A stretch of 64,000 bases of DNA from the human T2T-CHM13v2.0 reference genome, Homo sapiens: the NCBI RefSeq assembly GCF_009914755.1, contig NC_060927.1; one strand, written 5' to 3'. The notes under the pieces were generated by a model. The model was given only the letters and a program-made list of their open reading frames with translations. It was not told the origin of the DNA and searched no databases. The position numbers and the translations under genes were made by a program. Numbering within the stretch: the first letter of the stretch is position 1; each line of letters opens with the position of its first letter. This document shows positions 1 to 17,098 of the stretch, in pieces.

Positions 1-1165
1 CAATGTACCCCAAATATATATTTTATACTCTACATGAAATATCAAAGTTCACAAACCATATATTATATACTGTACATAAAATATCAAAGTACCCAAGGTA
101 TATATTCTATACTGTACAAAAAATATCAAAGTACCCAAAGCATGTATTATATACTGTACATAAAATATGAAAGTACATCAAATATATATTTTATTCTGTA
201 CATAAAATATCAAAGTACACCAGATATATATTCTATAGTGTACATAAAATATCAAAGTACCCAAACTATACATTATATACTGTACATAAAATATGAAATT
301 ACATCAAATATATATTATATTAGGTAAATGAAATATGAAAGTACATCAAATATAGATTATATACTGTACATAAAATATGAAAGTACCCCAAATATATATT
401 ATATACTCTACATGAAATATCAAAGTTCACAAACTATATATTATATACTGTACATAAAATATCAAAGTACCCAAGGTATATATTCTATACTGTACAAAAA
501 ATATCAAAGTATCCAAAGCATGTATTATATACTGTATATAAAATATGAAAGTACATCAAATATATATTTTATTCTGTACATAAAATATCAAAGTACACCA
601 GATATATATTCTATAGTGTACATAAAATATCAAAGTACCCAAACTATACATTATATACTGTACATAAAATATGAAATTACAGCAAATATATATTATATTA
701 GGTACATAAAATATGAAAGTACATCAAATATAGATTATATACTCTACATTAAATACCAAAGTACCCAAATATATATTTTATACTGTACATGAAATATCAA
801 AGTTCACAAACTATATATTATATACTGTACATAAAATATCAATGTACCCAAGGTATATATTCTATACTGCACAAAAAATATCAAAGTACCCAAAGCATGT
901 ATTATATACTGTATATAAAATATGAAAGTACATCAAATATATATTTTATTCTGTACATAAAATATCAAAGTACACCAGATATATATTCTATAGTGTACAT
1001 AAAATATCAAAGTACCCAAACTATACATTATATACGGTACATAAAATATGAAATTACATCAAATATATATTATATTAGGTACATTAAATACGAAAGTACA
1101 TCAAATATAGATTATATACTGTACATAAAATATGAAAGTACCCCAATATATATTATATACTCTAC

Positions 1166-1701
1166 ATGAAATATCAAAGTTCACAAACTATATATTATGT
1201 ACTGTACATAAAATATCAAACTACCCAAGGTATATATTCTATACTGTACAAAAAATATCAAAGTACCCAAAGCATGTATTATATAATGTACATAAAATAT
1301 GAAAGTACATCAAATATATATTTTATTCTGTACATAAAATATCAAAGAACACCAGATATATATTCTATAGTGTACATAAAATATCAAAGTACCCAAACTA
1401 TACATTATATACTGTACATAAAATATGAAATTACATCATATATATATTAGGTACATAAAATATGAAAGTACATCAAATATATATTTTATTCTGTACATAA
1501 AATATCAAAGTACACCAGATATATATTCTATAGTGTACATAAAATAACAAAGTACACAAACTATAAATTATATACTGTACATAAAATATGAAATTACATC
1601 AAATATATATTAGGTACATAAAATATGAAAGTACATCAAATATAGATTATATACTGTACATATAATATCAATGTACCCGAAATATATATTTTATACTCTA
1701 C
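1166..1701 (+). repeat. 13-mer variant HOR (536 bp): m1-m7(del5), m4-m7(del5), m8, m9
   Basis: Landmark spacing 1166->1702 = 536 = 13x42-10. The same spacing occurs at 6840, 8509, 13559, 20692, 35739, 38158 and 40577. A 541-bp form with a single 5-bp deletion occurs at 21605. Confidence 0.9.
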
Positions 1702-3953
1702 ATGAAATATCAAAGTTCACAAACCATATATTGTATACTGCACATAAAATATCAAAATACACAAGGTATATATTCTATACTGTACAAAAAATATCAAAGT
1801 ACCCAAAGCAGGTATTATATACTGTATATAAAATATGAAAGTACATCAAATATATATTTTATTCTGTACATAAAATATCAAAGTACCCCAGATATATATT
1901 CTATAGTGTACATAAAATATCAAGGTACCCAAACTATATATTATATACTGTACATAAAATATGAAATTACAGCAAATATATATTATATTAGGTACATAAA
2001 ATATGAAAGTACATCAAATATAGATTATATACTGTACATTAAATACCAAAGTACCCCAAATATATATTTTATACTGTACATGAAATATCAAAGTTCACAA
2101 ACTATATATTATATACTGTACATAAAATATCAATGTACCCAAGGTATATATTCTATACTGCACAAAAAATATCAAAGTACCCAAAGCATGTATTATATAC
2201 TGTATATAAAATATGAAAGTACATCAAATATATATTTTATTCTGTACATAAAATATCAAAGTACACCAGATATATATTCTATAGTGTACATAAAATATCA
2301 AAGTACCCAAACTATACATTATATACTGTACATAAATATGAAATTACATCAAATATATATTATATTAGGTACATAAAATATGAAAGTACATGAAGTATAG
2401 ATTATATACTGTAGATAAAATATCAAAGTACCCCAAATTTATATTATATACTATACATGAAATATCAAAGTTCACAAACTATATATTATATACTGTACAT
2501 AAAATATCAAAGTACCCAAGGTATATATTCTATAGTGTACAAAAAATATCAAAGTACCCGAAGCATGTATTATATACCGTACATAAAATATAAAATTACA
2601 TCAAATATATATTTTATTCTGTACATAAAATATCAAAGTATACCAGATATATATACTATAGTGTACATAAAATATCAAAGTACCCAAACTATACATTATA
2701 CACTGTACATAAAATATGAAATTACATCAAATATATATTAGGTACATAAAATATGAAAGTACATCAAATATAGATTATATACTGTAAATATAATATCAAT
2801 GTACCCCAAATATATATTTTATACTCTACATGAAATATCAAAGTTCACAAACCATATATTATATACTGTACATAAAATATCAAAGTACCCAAGGTATATA
2901 TTCTATACTGTGCAAAAAATATCAAAGTACCCAAAGCATGTATTATATACTGTATATAAAATATGAAAGTACATCAAATATATATTTTATTCTGTACATA
3001 AAATGTCAAAGTACACCAGATATATATTCTATAGTGTACATAAAATATCAAAGTACCCAAACTATACATTATATACTGTACATAAAATATGAAATTACAT
3101 CAAATATATATTAAGTACATAAAATATGAAAGTACATCAAATATAGATTATATAGTGTACATAAAATATCAATGTACACCAAATATATATTATATACTCT
3201 ACATGAAATATCAAAGTTCACAAACTATATATTATATACTGTCCATAAAATATCAAAGTACCCAAGGTATATATTTTATACTGTACAAAAAATATCAAAG
3301 TACCCAAAGCATGTATTATATACTATACCTAAAATATGAAAGTACATCAAATATATATTTTATTCTGTACATAAAATATCAAAGTACACCAGATATATAT
3401 TCTACAGTGTATATAAAATATCAAAGTACCCAAACTATACATTATATACTGTACATAAAATATGAAATTACATCAAATATATATTATATTAGGTACATAA
3501 AATATGAAAGTACATGAAGTATAGATTATATACTGTACATAAAATATCAAAGTACCCCAAATTTATATTATATACTATACATGAAATATCAAAGTTCACA
3601 AACTATATATTATATACTGTACATAAAATATCAAAGTACACAAGGTATATATTCTATAGTGTACAAAAAATATCAAAGTACCCAAAGCATGTATTATATA
3701 CCGTATGTAAAATATAAAATTATATCAAATATATATTTTATTCTGTACATAAAATATCAAAGTACACCAGATATATATACTATAGTGTACATAAAATAAC
3801 AAAGTACCCAAACTATACATTATACACTGCACATAAAATATGAAATTACATCTAATATATATTAGGTACATAAAATATGAAAGTACATCAAATATAGATT
3901 ATATACTGTAAATATAATATCAATGTACCCCAAATATATATTTTATACTCTAC

Positions 3954-4536
3954 ATGAAATATCAAAGTTCACAAACCATATATTATATACTGTACATAAA
4001 ATATCAAAGTACCCAAGGTATATATTCTATACTGTACAAAAAATATCAAAGTACCCAAAGCATGTATTATATACTGTACATAAAATATGAAAGTACATCA
4101 AATATATATTTTATTCTGTACATAAAATATCAAAGTACACCAGATATATATTCTAAAGTGTACATAAAATAACAAAGTACACAAACTATAAATTATATCC
4201 TGTACATAAAATATGAAATTACATCAAATATATATTAGGTACATAAAATATGAAAGTACATCAAATATAGATTATATACTGTACATTAAGTACCAAAGTA
4301 CACCAAATATATATTTTATTCTGTACATAAAATATCAAAGTACACCAGATATATATTCTATAGTGTACATAAAATATCAAAGTACCCAAACTATACATTA
4401 TATACTGTACATAAAATATGAAATTACAGCAAATATATATTATATTAGGTAAATGAAATATGAAAGTACATCAAATATAGATTATATACTGTACATAAAA
4501 TATGAAAGTACCCCAAATATATATTATATACTCTAC
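3954..4536 (+). repeat. 14-mer variant HOR (583 bp) with an m9/m4 hybrid monomer and duplicated m5-m8
   Basis: Spacing 3954->4537 = 583 = 14x42-5. Hybrid monomer CATTAAGTACCAAAGTACACCAAATATATATTTTATTCTG at about 4284-4323. Recurs at 44891, 48109, 53603, 57199 and 60801. Confidence 0.88.
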
Positions 4537-6424
4537 ATGAAATATCAAAGTTCACAAATTATATATTATATACTGTACATAAAATATCAAAGTACCCAAG
4601 GTATATATTCTATACTGTACAAAAAATATCAAAGTATCCAAAGCATGTATTATATACTGTATATAAAATATGAAAGTACATCAAATATATATTTTATTCT
4701 GTACATAAAATATCAAAGTACACCAGATATATATTCTATAGTGTACATAAAATATCAAAGTACCCAAACTATACATTATATACTGTACATAAAATATGAA
4801 ATTACAGCAAATATATATTATATTAGGTACATAAAATATGAAAGTACATCAAATATAGATTATATACTGTACATTAAATACCAAAGTACCCCAAATATAT
4901 ATTTTATACTGTACATGAAATATCAAAGTTCACAAATTATATATTATATACTGTACATAAAATATCAATGTACCCAAGGTATATATTCTATACTGCACAA
5001 AAAATATCAAAGTACCCAAAGCATGTATTATATACTGTATATAAAATATGAAAGTACATCAAATATATATTTTATTCTGTACATAAAATATCAAAGTACA
5101 CCAGATATATATTCTATAGTGTACATAAAATATCAAAGTACCCAAACTATACATTATATACTGTACATAAAATATGAAATTACATCAAATATATATTATA
5201 TTAGGTACATAAAATACGAAAGTACATCAAATATAGATTATATACTGTACATAAAATATGAAAGTACCCCTATATATATTATATACTCTACATGAAATAT
5301 CAAAGTTTACAAACTATATATTATGTACTGTACATAAAATATCAAAGTACCCAAGGTATATATTCTATACTGTACAAAAAATATCAAAGTACCCAAAGCA
5401 TGTATTATATAATGTACATAAAATATGAAAGTACATCAAATATATATTTTATTCTGTACATAAAATATCAAAGAACACCAGATATATATTCTATAGTGTA
5501 CATAAAATATCAAAGTACCCAAACTATACATTATATACTGTACATAAAATATGAAATTACATCAAATATATATTATATTAGGTACATAAAATATGAAAGT
5601 ACATCAAATATAGATTATATACTGTAAATATAATATCAATGTACCCCAAATATATATTTTATACTCTACATGAAATATCAAAGTTCACAAACCATATATT
5701 ATATACTGTACATAAAATATCAAAGTACCCAAGGTATATATTCTATACTGTACAAAAAATATCAAAGTACCCAAAGCATGTATTATATACTATACCTAAA
5801 ATATGAAAGTACATCAAATATATATTTTATTCTGTACATAAAATATCAAAGTACACCAGATATATATTCTACAGTGTACATAAAATATCAAAGTACCCAA
5901 ACTATACATTATATACTGTACATAAAATATGAAATTACATCAAATATATATTATATTAGGTACATAAAATACGAAAGTACATCAAATATAGATTATATAC
6001 TGTACATAAAATATCAAAGTACCCCAATATATATTATATACTGTACATGAAATATCAAAGTTCACAAACTATATATTATGTACTGTACATAAAATATCAA
6101 AGTACCCAAGGTATATATTCTATACTGTACAAAAAATATCAAAGTACCCAAAGCATGTATTATATAATGTACATAAAATATGAAAGTACATCAAATATAT
6201 ATTTTATTCTGTACATAAAATATCAAAGTACACCAGATATATATTCTATAGCGTACATAAAATATCAAAGTACACAAACTATACATTATATACTGTACAT
6301 AAAATATGAAATTACATCAAATATATATTATATTAGGTAAATGAAATATGAAAGTACATCAAATATAGATTATATACTGTACATAAAATATGAAAGTACC
6401 CCAAATATATATTATATACTCTAC

Positions 6425-6839
6425 ATGAAATATCAAAGTTCACAAACTATATATTATATACTGTACATAAAATATCAAAGTACCCAAGGTATATATTCTA
6501 TACTGTACATAAAATATGAAATTACATCAAATATATATTAGGTACATAAAATATGAAAGTACATCAAATATAGATTATATACTGTACATTAAGTACCAAA
6601 GTACACCAAATATATATTTTATTCTGTACATAAAATATCAAAGTACACCAGATATATATTCTATAGTGTACATAAAATATCAAAGTACCCAAACTATACA
6701 TTATATACTGTACATAAAATATGAAATTACATCAAATATATATTATATTAGGTAAATGAAATATGAAAGTACATCAAATATAGATTATATACTGTACATA
6801 AAATAGCAAAGTACCCCAAATATATATTATATACTGTAC
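6425..6839 (+). repeat. 10-mer variant HOR (415 bp): m1, m2, m7(del5), m8, hybrid, m5-m9
   Basis: Spacing 6425->6840 = 415 = 10x42-5. m2 runs directly into m7 at about 6500-6520. Confidence 0.85.
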
Positions 6840-9800
6840 ATGAAATATCAAAGTTCACAAACTATATATTATGTACTGTACATAAAATATCAAAGTACCC
6901 AAGGTATATATTCTATACTGTACAAAAAATATCAAAGTACCCAAAGCATGTATTATATAATGTACATAAAATATGAAAGTACATCAAATATATATTTTAT
7001 TCTGTACATAAAATATCAAAGAACACCAGATATATATTCTATAGTGTACATAAAATATCAAAGTACCCAAACTATACATTATATACTGTACATAAAATAT
7101 GAAATTACATCATATATATATTAGGTACATAAAATATGAAAGTACATCAAATATATATTTTATTCTGTACATAAAATATCAAAGTACACCAGATATATAT
7201 TCTATAGTGTACATAAAATAACAAAGTACACAAACTATAAATTATATACTGTACATAAAATATGAAATTACATCAAATATATATTAGGTACATAAAATAT
7301 GAAAGTACATCAAATATAGATTATATACTGTACATATAATATAAATGTACCCGAAATATATATTTTATACTCTACATGAAATATCAAAGTTCACAAACCA
7401 TATATTGTATACTGCACATAAAATATCAAAATACCCAAGGTATATATTCTATACTGTACAAAAAATATCAAAGTACCCAAAGCAGGTATTATATACTGTA
7501 CATAAAATATGAAAGTACATCAAATATATATTTTATTCTGTACATAAAATATCAAAGTACACCAGATATATATTCTATAGCGTACATAAAATATCAAAGT
7601 ACACAAACTATACATTATATACTGTACATAAAATATGAAATTACATCAAATATATATTATATTAGGTACATAAAAGATGAAAGTACATCAAATATAGATT
7701 ATATACTGTAAATATAATATCAATGTACCCCAAATATATATTTTATACTCTACATGAAATATCAAAGTTCACAAACCATATATTATATACTGTACATAAA
7801 ATATCAAAGTACCCAAGGTATATATTCTATACTGTACAAAAAATATCAAAGTATCCAAAGCATGTATTATATACTGTATATAAAATATGAAAGTACATCA
7901 AATATATATTTTATTCTGTATATAAAATATCAAAGTACACCAGATATATATTCTATAGCGTACATAAAATATCAAAGTACACAAACTATACATTATATAC
8001 TGTACATAAAATATGAAATTACATCAAATATATATTATATTAGGTACATAAAATATGAAAGTACATCAAATATAGATTATATACTCTACATTAAATACCA
8101 AAGTACCCCAAATATATATTTTATACTGTACATGAAATATCAAAGTTCACAAACTATATATTATATACTGTACATAAAATATCAATGTACCCAAGGTATA
8201 TATTCTATACTGCACAAAAAATATCAAAGTACCCAAAGCATGTATTATATACTGTATATAAAATAGGAAAGTACATCAAATATATATTTTATTCTGTACA
8301 TAAAATATCAAAGTACACCAGATATATATTCTATAGTGTACATAAAATATCAAAGTACCCAAACTATACATTATATCCTGTACATAAAATATGAAATTAC
8401 ATCAAATATATATTATATTAGGTACTTAAAATACGAAAGTACATCAAATATAGATTATATACTGTACATAAAATATGAAAGTACCCCAATATATATTATA
8501 TACTCTACATGAAATATCAAAGTTCACAAACTATATATTATGTACTGTACATAAAATATCAAACTACCCAAGGTATATATTCTATACTGTACAAAAAATA
8601 TCAAAGTACCCAAAGCATGTATTATATAATGTACATAAAATATGAAAGTACATCAAATATATATTTTATTCTGTACATAAAATATCAAAGAACACCAGAT
8701 ATATATTCTATAGTGTACATAAAATATCAAAGTACCCAAACTATACATTATATACTGTACATAAAATATGAAATTACATCATATATATATTAGGTACATA
8801 AAATATGAAAGTACATCAAATATATATTTTATTCTGTACATAAAATATCAAAGTACACCAGATATATATTCTATAGTGTACATAAAATAACAAAGTACAC
8901 AAACTATAAAATATGTACTGTACATAAAATATGAAATTACATCAAATATATATTAGGTACATAAAATATGAAAGTACATCAAATATAGATTATATACTGT
9001 ACATATAATATCAATGTACCCGAAATATATATTTTATACTCTACATGAAATATCAAAGTTCACAAACCATATATTGTATACTGCACATAAAATATCAAAA
9101 TACACAAGGTATATATTCTATACTGTACAAAAAATATCAAAGTACCCAAAGCAGGTATTATATACTGTATATAAAATATGAAAGTACATCAAATATATAT
9201 TTTATTCTGTACATAAAATATCAAAGTACACCAGATATATATTCTATAGTGTACATAAAATATCAAGGTACCCAAACTATATATTATATACTGTACATAA
9301 AATATGAAATTACAGCAAATATATATTATATTAGGTACATAAAATATGAAAGTACATCAAATATAGATTATATACTGTACATTAAATACCAAAGTACCCC
9401 AAATATATATTTTATACTGTACATGAAATATCAAAGTTCACAAACTATATATTATATACTGTACATAAAATATCAATGTACCCAAGGTATATATTCTATA
9501 CTGCACAAAAAATATCAAAGTACCCAAAGCATGTATTATATACTGTATATAAAATATGAAAGTACATCAAATATATATTTTATTCTGTACATAAAATATC
9601 AAAGTACACCAGATATATATTCTATAGTGTACATAAAATATCAAAGTACCCAAACTATACATTATATACTGTACATAAATATGAAATTACATCAAATATA
9701 TATTATGTTAGGTACATAAAATATGAAAGTACATGAAGTATAGATTATATACTGTAGATAAAATATCAAAGTACCCCAAATTTATATTATATACTATACA

Positions 9801-12800
9801 TGAAATATCAAAGTTCACAAACTATATATTATATACTGTACATAAAATATCAAAGTACCCAAGGTATATATTCTATAGTGTACAAAAAATATCAAAGTAC
9901 CCAAAGCATGTATTATATACCGTACATAAAATATAAAATTACATCAAATATATATTTTATTCTGTACATAAAATATCAAAGTACACCAGATATATATACT
10001 ATAGTGTACATAAAATACCAAAGTACCCAAACTATACATTATACACTGTACATAAAATATGAAATTACATCAAATATATATTAGGTACATAAAATATGAA
10101 AGTACATCAAATATAGATTATATACTGTAAATATAATATCAATGTACCCCAAATATATATTTTATACTCTACATGAAATATCAAAGTTCACAAACCATAT
10201 ATTATATACTGTACATAAAATATCAAAGTACCCAAGGTATATATTCTATACTGAACAAAAAATATCAAAGTACCCAAAGCATGTATTATATACTGTACAT
10301 AAAATATGAAAGTACATCAAATATATATTTTATTCTGTACATAAAATATCAAAGTACACCAGATATATATTCTATAGTGTACATAAAATATCAAAGTACC
10401 CAAACTATACATTATATACTGTACATAAAATATGAAATTACATCAAATATATATTAGGTACATAAAATATGAAAGTACATCAAATATAGATTATATACTG
10501 TACATATAATATCAATGTACCCCAAATATATATTTTATACTCTACATGAAATATCAAAGTTCACAAACCATACATTATATACTGTACATAAAATATCAAA
10601 GTACCCAAGTTATATATTCTATACTGTACAAAAGATATCAAAGTACCCAAAGCATGTATTATATACTGTATATATAATATGAAAGTACATCAAATATATA
10701 TTATATACTGTACATAAAATATCAAAGTACACCAGATATATATTTTATAGTGTACATAAAATATCAAAGTACCCAAACTATACATTATATACTGTACATA
10801 AAATATGAGATTACATCAAATATATATTATATTAGGTACATAAAATATGAAAGTACATCAGATATAGATTATATACTGTACATAAAATATCAAAGTACCC
10901 CAAATATATATTATATACTCTACATGAAATATCAAAGTTCACAAACTATATATTATATACTGTACATAAAATATCAAAGTACCCAAGGTATATATTCTAC
11001 ACTGTACAAAAAATATCAAAATACCCAAAGCATGTATTATATACTGTATATAAAATATGAAAATACATTAAATATATATTTTATTCTGTACATAAAATAT
11101 CAAAGTACACCAGATATATATTCTATAGTGTACATAAAATAACAAAGTACACAAACTATAAATTATATACTGTACGTAAAATATGAAATTACATCAAATA
11201 TATATTAGGTACATAAAATATGAAAGTACATCAAATATAGATTATATACTGTACATATAATATCAATGTACCCCAAATATATATTTTATACTCTACATGA
11301 AATATCAAAGTTCACAAACCATACATTATATACTTTCCATAAAATATCAAAGTACCCATGGCATATATTCTATACTGTACAAAAGATATCAAAGTACCCA
11401 AAGCATGTATTATATACTGTACATAAAATATGAAAGTACATCAAATATATATTTTATTCTGTACATAAAATATCAAAGTACACCAGATAAATATTCTATA
11501 GTGTACATAAAATATCAAAGTACCCAAACTATATATTATATACTGTACATAAAATATGAAATTACATCAAATATGTATTATATTAGGTAGATAAAATATG
11601 AAAGTACATCAAATATAGATTATATACCATACATAAAATATCAAAGTACCCCAAATATATATTATATACTATACATGAAATATCAAATATCACAAACTAT
11701 ATATTATATACTGTACATAAAATATCAAAGTACCCAATGTATATATTCTATAGTGTACAAAAAATATCAAAGTACCCAAAGCATGTATTATATACTGTAC
11801 ATAAAATATAAAAGTACATCAAATATATATTTTATTCTGTACATAAAATATGAAAGTACACCAGATATATATTCTATAGTGTACATAAAATATCAAAGTA
11901 CCCAAACTATACATTATATACTGTACATAAAATATGAAATTACATCAAATATATATTATATTAGGTACTTAAAATATGAAAGTACATCAAATATAGATTA
12001 TATACTGTACATAAAATATCAAAGTACCCCAAATATATATTATATACTCTACATGAAATATCAAAGTTCACAAACTATATATTATATACTGTACATAAAA
12101 TATCAAAGTACCCAAGGTATATATTCTATACTGTACAAAAAATATCAAAGTATCCAAAGCATGTTTTATATACTGTATATAAAATATGAAAGTACATTAA
12201 AGATATATTTTATTCTGTACATAAAATATCAAAATACACCAGATATATATTCTATAGTGTACATAAAATAACAAAGTACACAAACTATAAATTATATACT
12301 GTACATAAAATATGAAATTACATCAAATATATATTAGGTACATAAAATATGAAAGTACATCAAAGATAGATTATATACTGTACATATAATATCAATGTAC
12401 CCCAAATATATATTTTATACTCTACATGAAATATCAAAGTTCACAAACCATACATTATATACTGTACATAAAATATCAAAGTACCCAAGTTATATATTCT
12501 ATACTGTACAAAAGATATCAAAGTACCCAAAGCATGTATTATATACTGTATATAAAATATGAAAGTACATCAAATATATATTATATACTGTACATAAAAT
12601 ATCAAAGTACACCAGATATATATTTTATAGTGTACATAAAATATCAAAGTACCCAAACTATACATTATATACTGTACATAAAATATGAGATTACATCAAA
12701 TATATATTATATTAGGTACATAAAATATGAAAGTACATCAGATATAGATTATATACTGTACATAAAATATCAAAGTACCCCAAATATATATTATATACTT

Positions 12801-15800
12801 TACATGAAATATCAAAGTTCACAAACTATATATTATATACTGTACATAAAATATCAAAGTACCCAGGGTATATATTCTATACTGTACAAAAAATATCAAA
12901 ATACCCAAAGCATGTATTATATACTGTATATAAAATATGAAAGTACATCAAATATATGTTTTATTCTGTACATAAAATATCAAAGTACACCAGATATATA
13001 TTCTATAGTGTACATAAAATATCAAAGTACCCAAACTATACATTATATACTGTACATAAAATATGAAATTACAGCAAATATATATTATATTAGGTACATA
13101 AAATATGAAAGTACATCAAATATAGATTATATACTCTACATTAAATACCAAAGTACCCCAAATATATATTTTATACTGTACATGAAATATCAAAGTTCAC
13201 AAACTATATATTATATACTGTACATAAAATATCAATGTACCCAAGGTATATATACTATACTGCACAAAAAATATCAAAGTACCCCAAGCATGTATTATAT
13301 ACTGTATATAAAATATGAAAGTACATCAAATATATATTTTATTCTGTACATAAAATATCAAAGTACACCAGATATATATTCTATAGTGTACATAAAATAT
13401 CAAAGTACCCAAACTATACATTATATACTGTACATAAAATATGAAATTACATCAAATATATATTATATTAGGTACATAAAATACGAAAGTACATCAAATA
13501 TAGATTATATACTGTACATAAAATATCAAAGTACCCCAATATATATTATATACTGTACATGAAATATCAAAGTTCACAAACTATATATTATGTACTGTAC
13601 ATAAAATATCAAAGTACCCAAGGTATATATTCTATACTGTACAAAAAATATCAAAGTACCCAAAGCATGTATTATATAATGTACATAAAATATGAAAGTA
13701 CATCAAATATATATTTTATTCTGTACATAAAATATCAAAGAACACCAGATATATATTCTATAGTGTACATAAAATATCAAAGTACCCAAACTATACATTA
13801 TATACTGTACATAAAATATGAAATTACATCATATATATATTAGGTACATAAAATATGAAAGTACATCAAATATATATTTTATTCTGTACATAAAATATCA
13901 AAGTACACCAGATATATATTCTATAGTGTACATAAAATAACAAAGTACACAAACTATAAATTATATACTGTACATAAAATATGAAATTACATCAAATATA
14001 TATTAGGTACATAAAATATGAAAGTACATCAAATATAGATTATATACTGTACATATAATATCAATGTACCCGAAATATATATTTTATACTCTACATGAAA
14101 TATCAAAGTTCACAAACCATATATTGTATACTGCACATAAAATATCAAAATACCCAAGGTATATATTCTATACTGTACAAAAAATATCAAAGTACCCAAA
14201 GCAGGTATTATATACTGTACATAAAATATGAAAGTACATCAAATATATATTTTATTCTGTACATAAAATATCAGAGTACACCAGATATATATTCTATAGC
14301 GTACATAAAATATCAAAGTACACAAACTATACATTATATACTGTACATAAAATATGAAATTACATCAAATATATATTATATTAGGTACATAAAATATGAA
14401 AGTACATCAAATATAGATTATATACTGTAAATATAATATCAATGTACCCCAAATATATATTTTATACTCTACATGAAATATCAAAGTTCACAAACCATAT
14501 ATTATATACTGTACATAAAATATCAAAGTACCCAAGGTATATATTCTATACTGTACAAAAAATATCAAAGTACCCAAAGCATGTATTATATACTGTACAT
14601 AAAATATGAAAGTACATCAAATATATATTTTATTCTGTACATAAAATATCAAAGTACACCAGATATATATTCTATAGTGTACATAAAATATCAAAGTACC
14701 CAAACTATACATTATATACTGTACATAAAATATGAAATTACATCAAATATATATTATATTAGGTACATAAAATATGAAAGTACATCAAATATAGATTATA
14801 TACTGTACATAAAATATCAAAGTACCCCGAATATATATTATATACTCTACATGAAATGTCAAAGTTCACAAACTATATATTATATACTGTACATAAAATA
14901 TCAAAGTACCCAAGGTATATATTCTATACTGTACAAAAAATATCAAAGTACCCAAAGCATGTATTATATACTGTATATAAAATAAGAAAGTACATTAAAT
15001 ATATATTTTATTCTGTACATAAAATATCAAAGTACACCAGATATATATTCTATAGTGTACATAAAATAACAAAGTACACAAACTATAAATTATATACTGT
15101 ACATAAAATATGAAATTACATAAAATATATATTAGGTACATAAAATATGAAAGTACATCAAATATAGATTATATACTGAACATATAATATCAATGTACCC
15201 CAAATATATATTTGATACTCTACATGAAATATCAAAGTTCAGAAACCATACATTATATACTGTACATAAAATATCAAAGTACCCAAAGTATATATTCTAT
15301 ACTGTACAAAAAATATCAAAGTACCCAAAGCATGTATTATATACTGTACATAATATATGAAAGTACATCAAATATATATTTTATTCTGTACATAAAATAT
15401 CAAAGTATAGGAAATATATATTCTATAGTGTACATAAAATATCAAAGTACCCAAACTATACATTATATACTGTACATAAAATATGAAATTACATCAAATA
15501 TATATTAGGTACATAAAATATGAAAGTACATCAAATATAGATTATATACTGTACATAAAATATCAAAGTACCCCAAATATATATTATATACTCTACATGA
15601 AATATCAAAGTTCACAAACTATATATTATATACTGTACATAAAATATCAAAGTACCCAAGGTATACATTCTATACTGTACAAAAAATATCAAGGTACCCA
15701 AAGCATGTATTATATACTGTACATAAAATATGAAAGTACATCAAATATATATTTTATTCTGTACATAAAATATCAAAGTACACCAGATATATATTCTATA

Positions 15801-17098
15801 GTGTACATAAAACAACAAAGTACCCAAACTATACATTATATACTGTACATAAAATATGAAATTACATCAAATATATATTAGGTACATAAAATATGAAAGA
15901 ACATCAAACATAGATTATATACTGTACAAAAAATATCAAAGTACCCCAAATATATATTATATACTCTACATGAAATATCAAATTTCACAAACTATATATT
16001 ATATACTGTACATAAAATATCAAAGTACCCAAGGTATATATTCTATACTGTACAAAAAATATCAAAGTACCCAAAGCATGTATTATATACTGTATATAAA
16101 ATATGAAAGTACATCAAATATATATTTTATTCTGTACATAAAATATCAAAGTACACCAGATATATATTCTATAGTGTACATAAAATAACAAAGTACACAA
16201 ACTATAAATTATATACTGTACATAAAATATGAAATTACATCAAATATATATTAGGTACATAAAATATGAAAGTACATCAAATATAGATTATATACTGTAC
16301 ATATAATATCAATGTACCCCAAATATATATTTTATACTCTACATGAAATATCAAAGTTCACAAACCATACATTATATACTTTCCATAAAATATCAAAGTA
16401 CCCATGGCATATATTCTATACTGTACAAAAGATATCAAAGTACCTAAAGCATGTATTATATACTGTACATAAAATATGAAAGTACATCAAATATATATTT
16501 TATTCTGTACATAAAATATCAAAGTACACCACATATATATTCTATAGTGTACATAAAATATCAAAGTACCCAAACTATATATTATATACAGTACATAAAA
16601 TATGAAATTACATCAAATATGTATTATATTAGGTACATAAAATAAGAAAGAACATCAAATATAGATTATATACCGTACATAAAATTTCAAAGTACCCCAA
16701 ATATATATTATATACTATACATGAAATATCAAATATCACAAACTATATATTATATACTGTACATAAAATATCAAAGTACCCAATGTATATATTCTATAGT
16801 GTACAAAAAATATCAAAGTACCCAAAGCATGTATTATATACTGTACATAAAATATAAAAGTACATCAAATATATATTTTATTCTGTACATAAAATATGAA
16901 AGTACACCAGATATATATTCTATAGTGTACATAAAATATCAAAGTACCCAAACTATACATTATATACTGTACATAAAATATGAAATTACATCAAATATAT
17001 ATTATATTAGGTACTTAAAATATGAAAGTACATCAAATATAGATTATATACTGTACATAAAATATCAAAGTACCACAAATATATATTATATACTGTAC

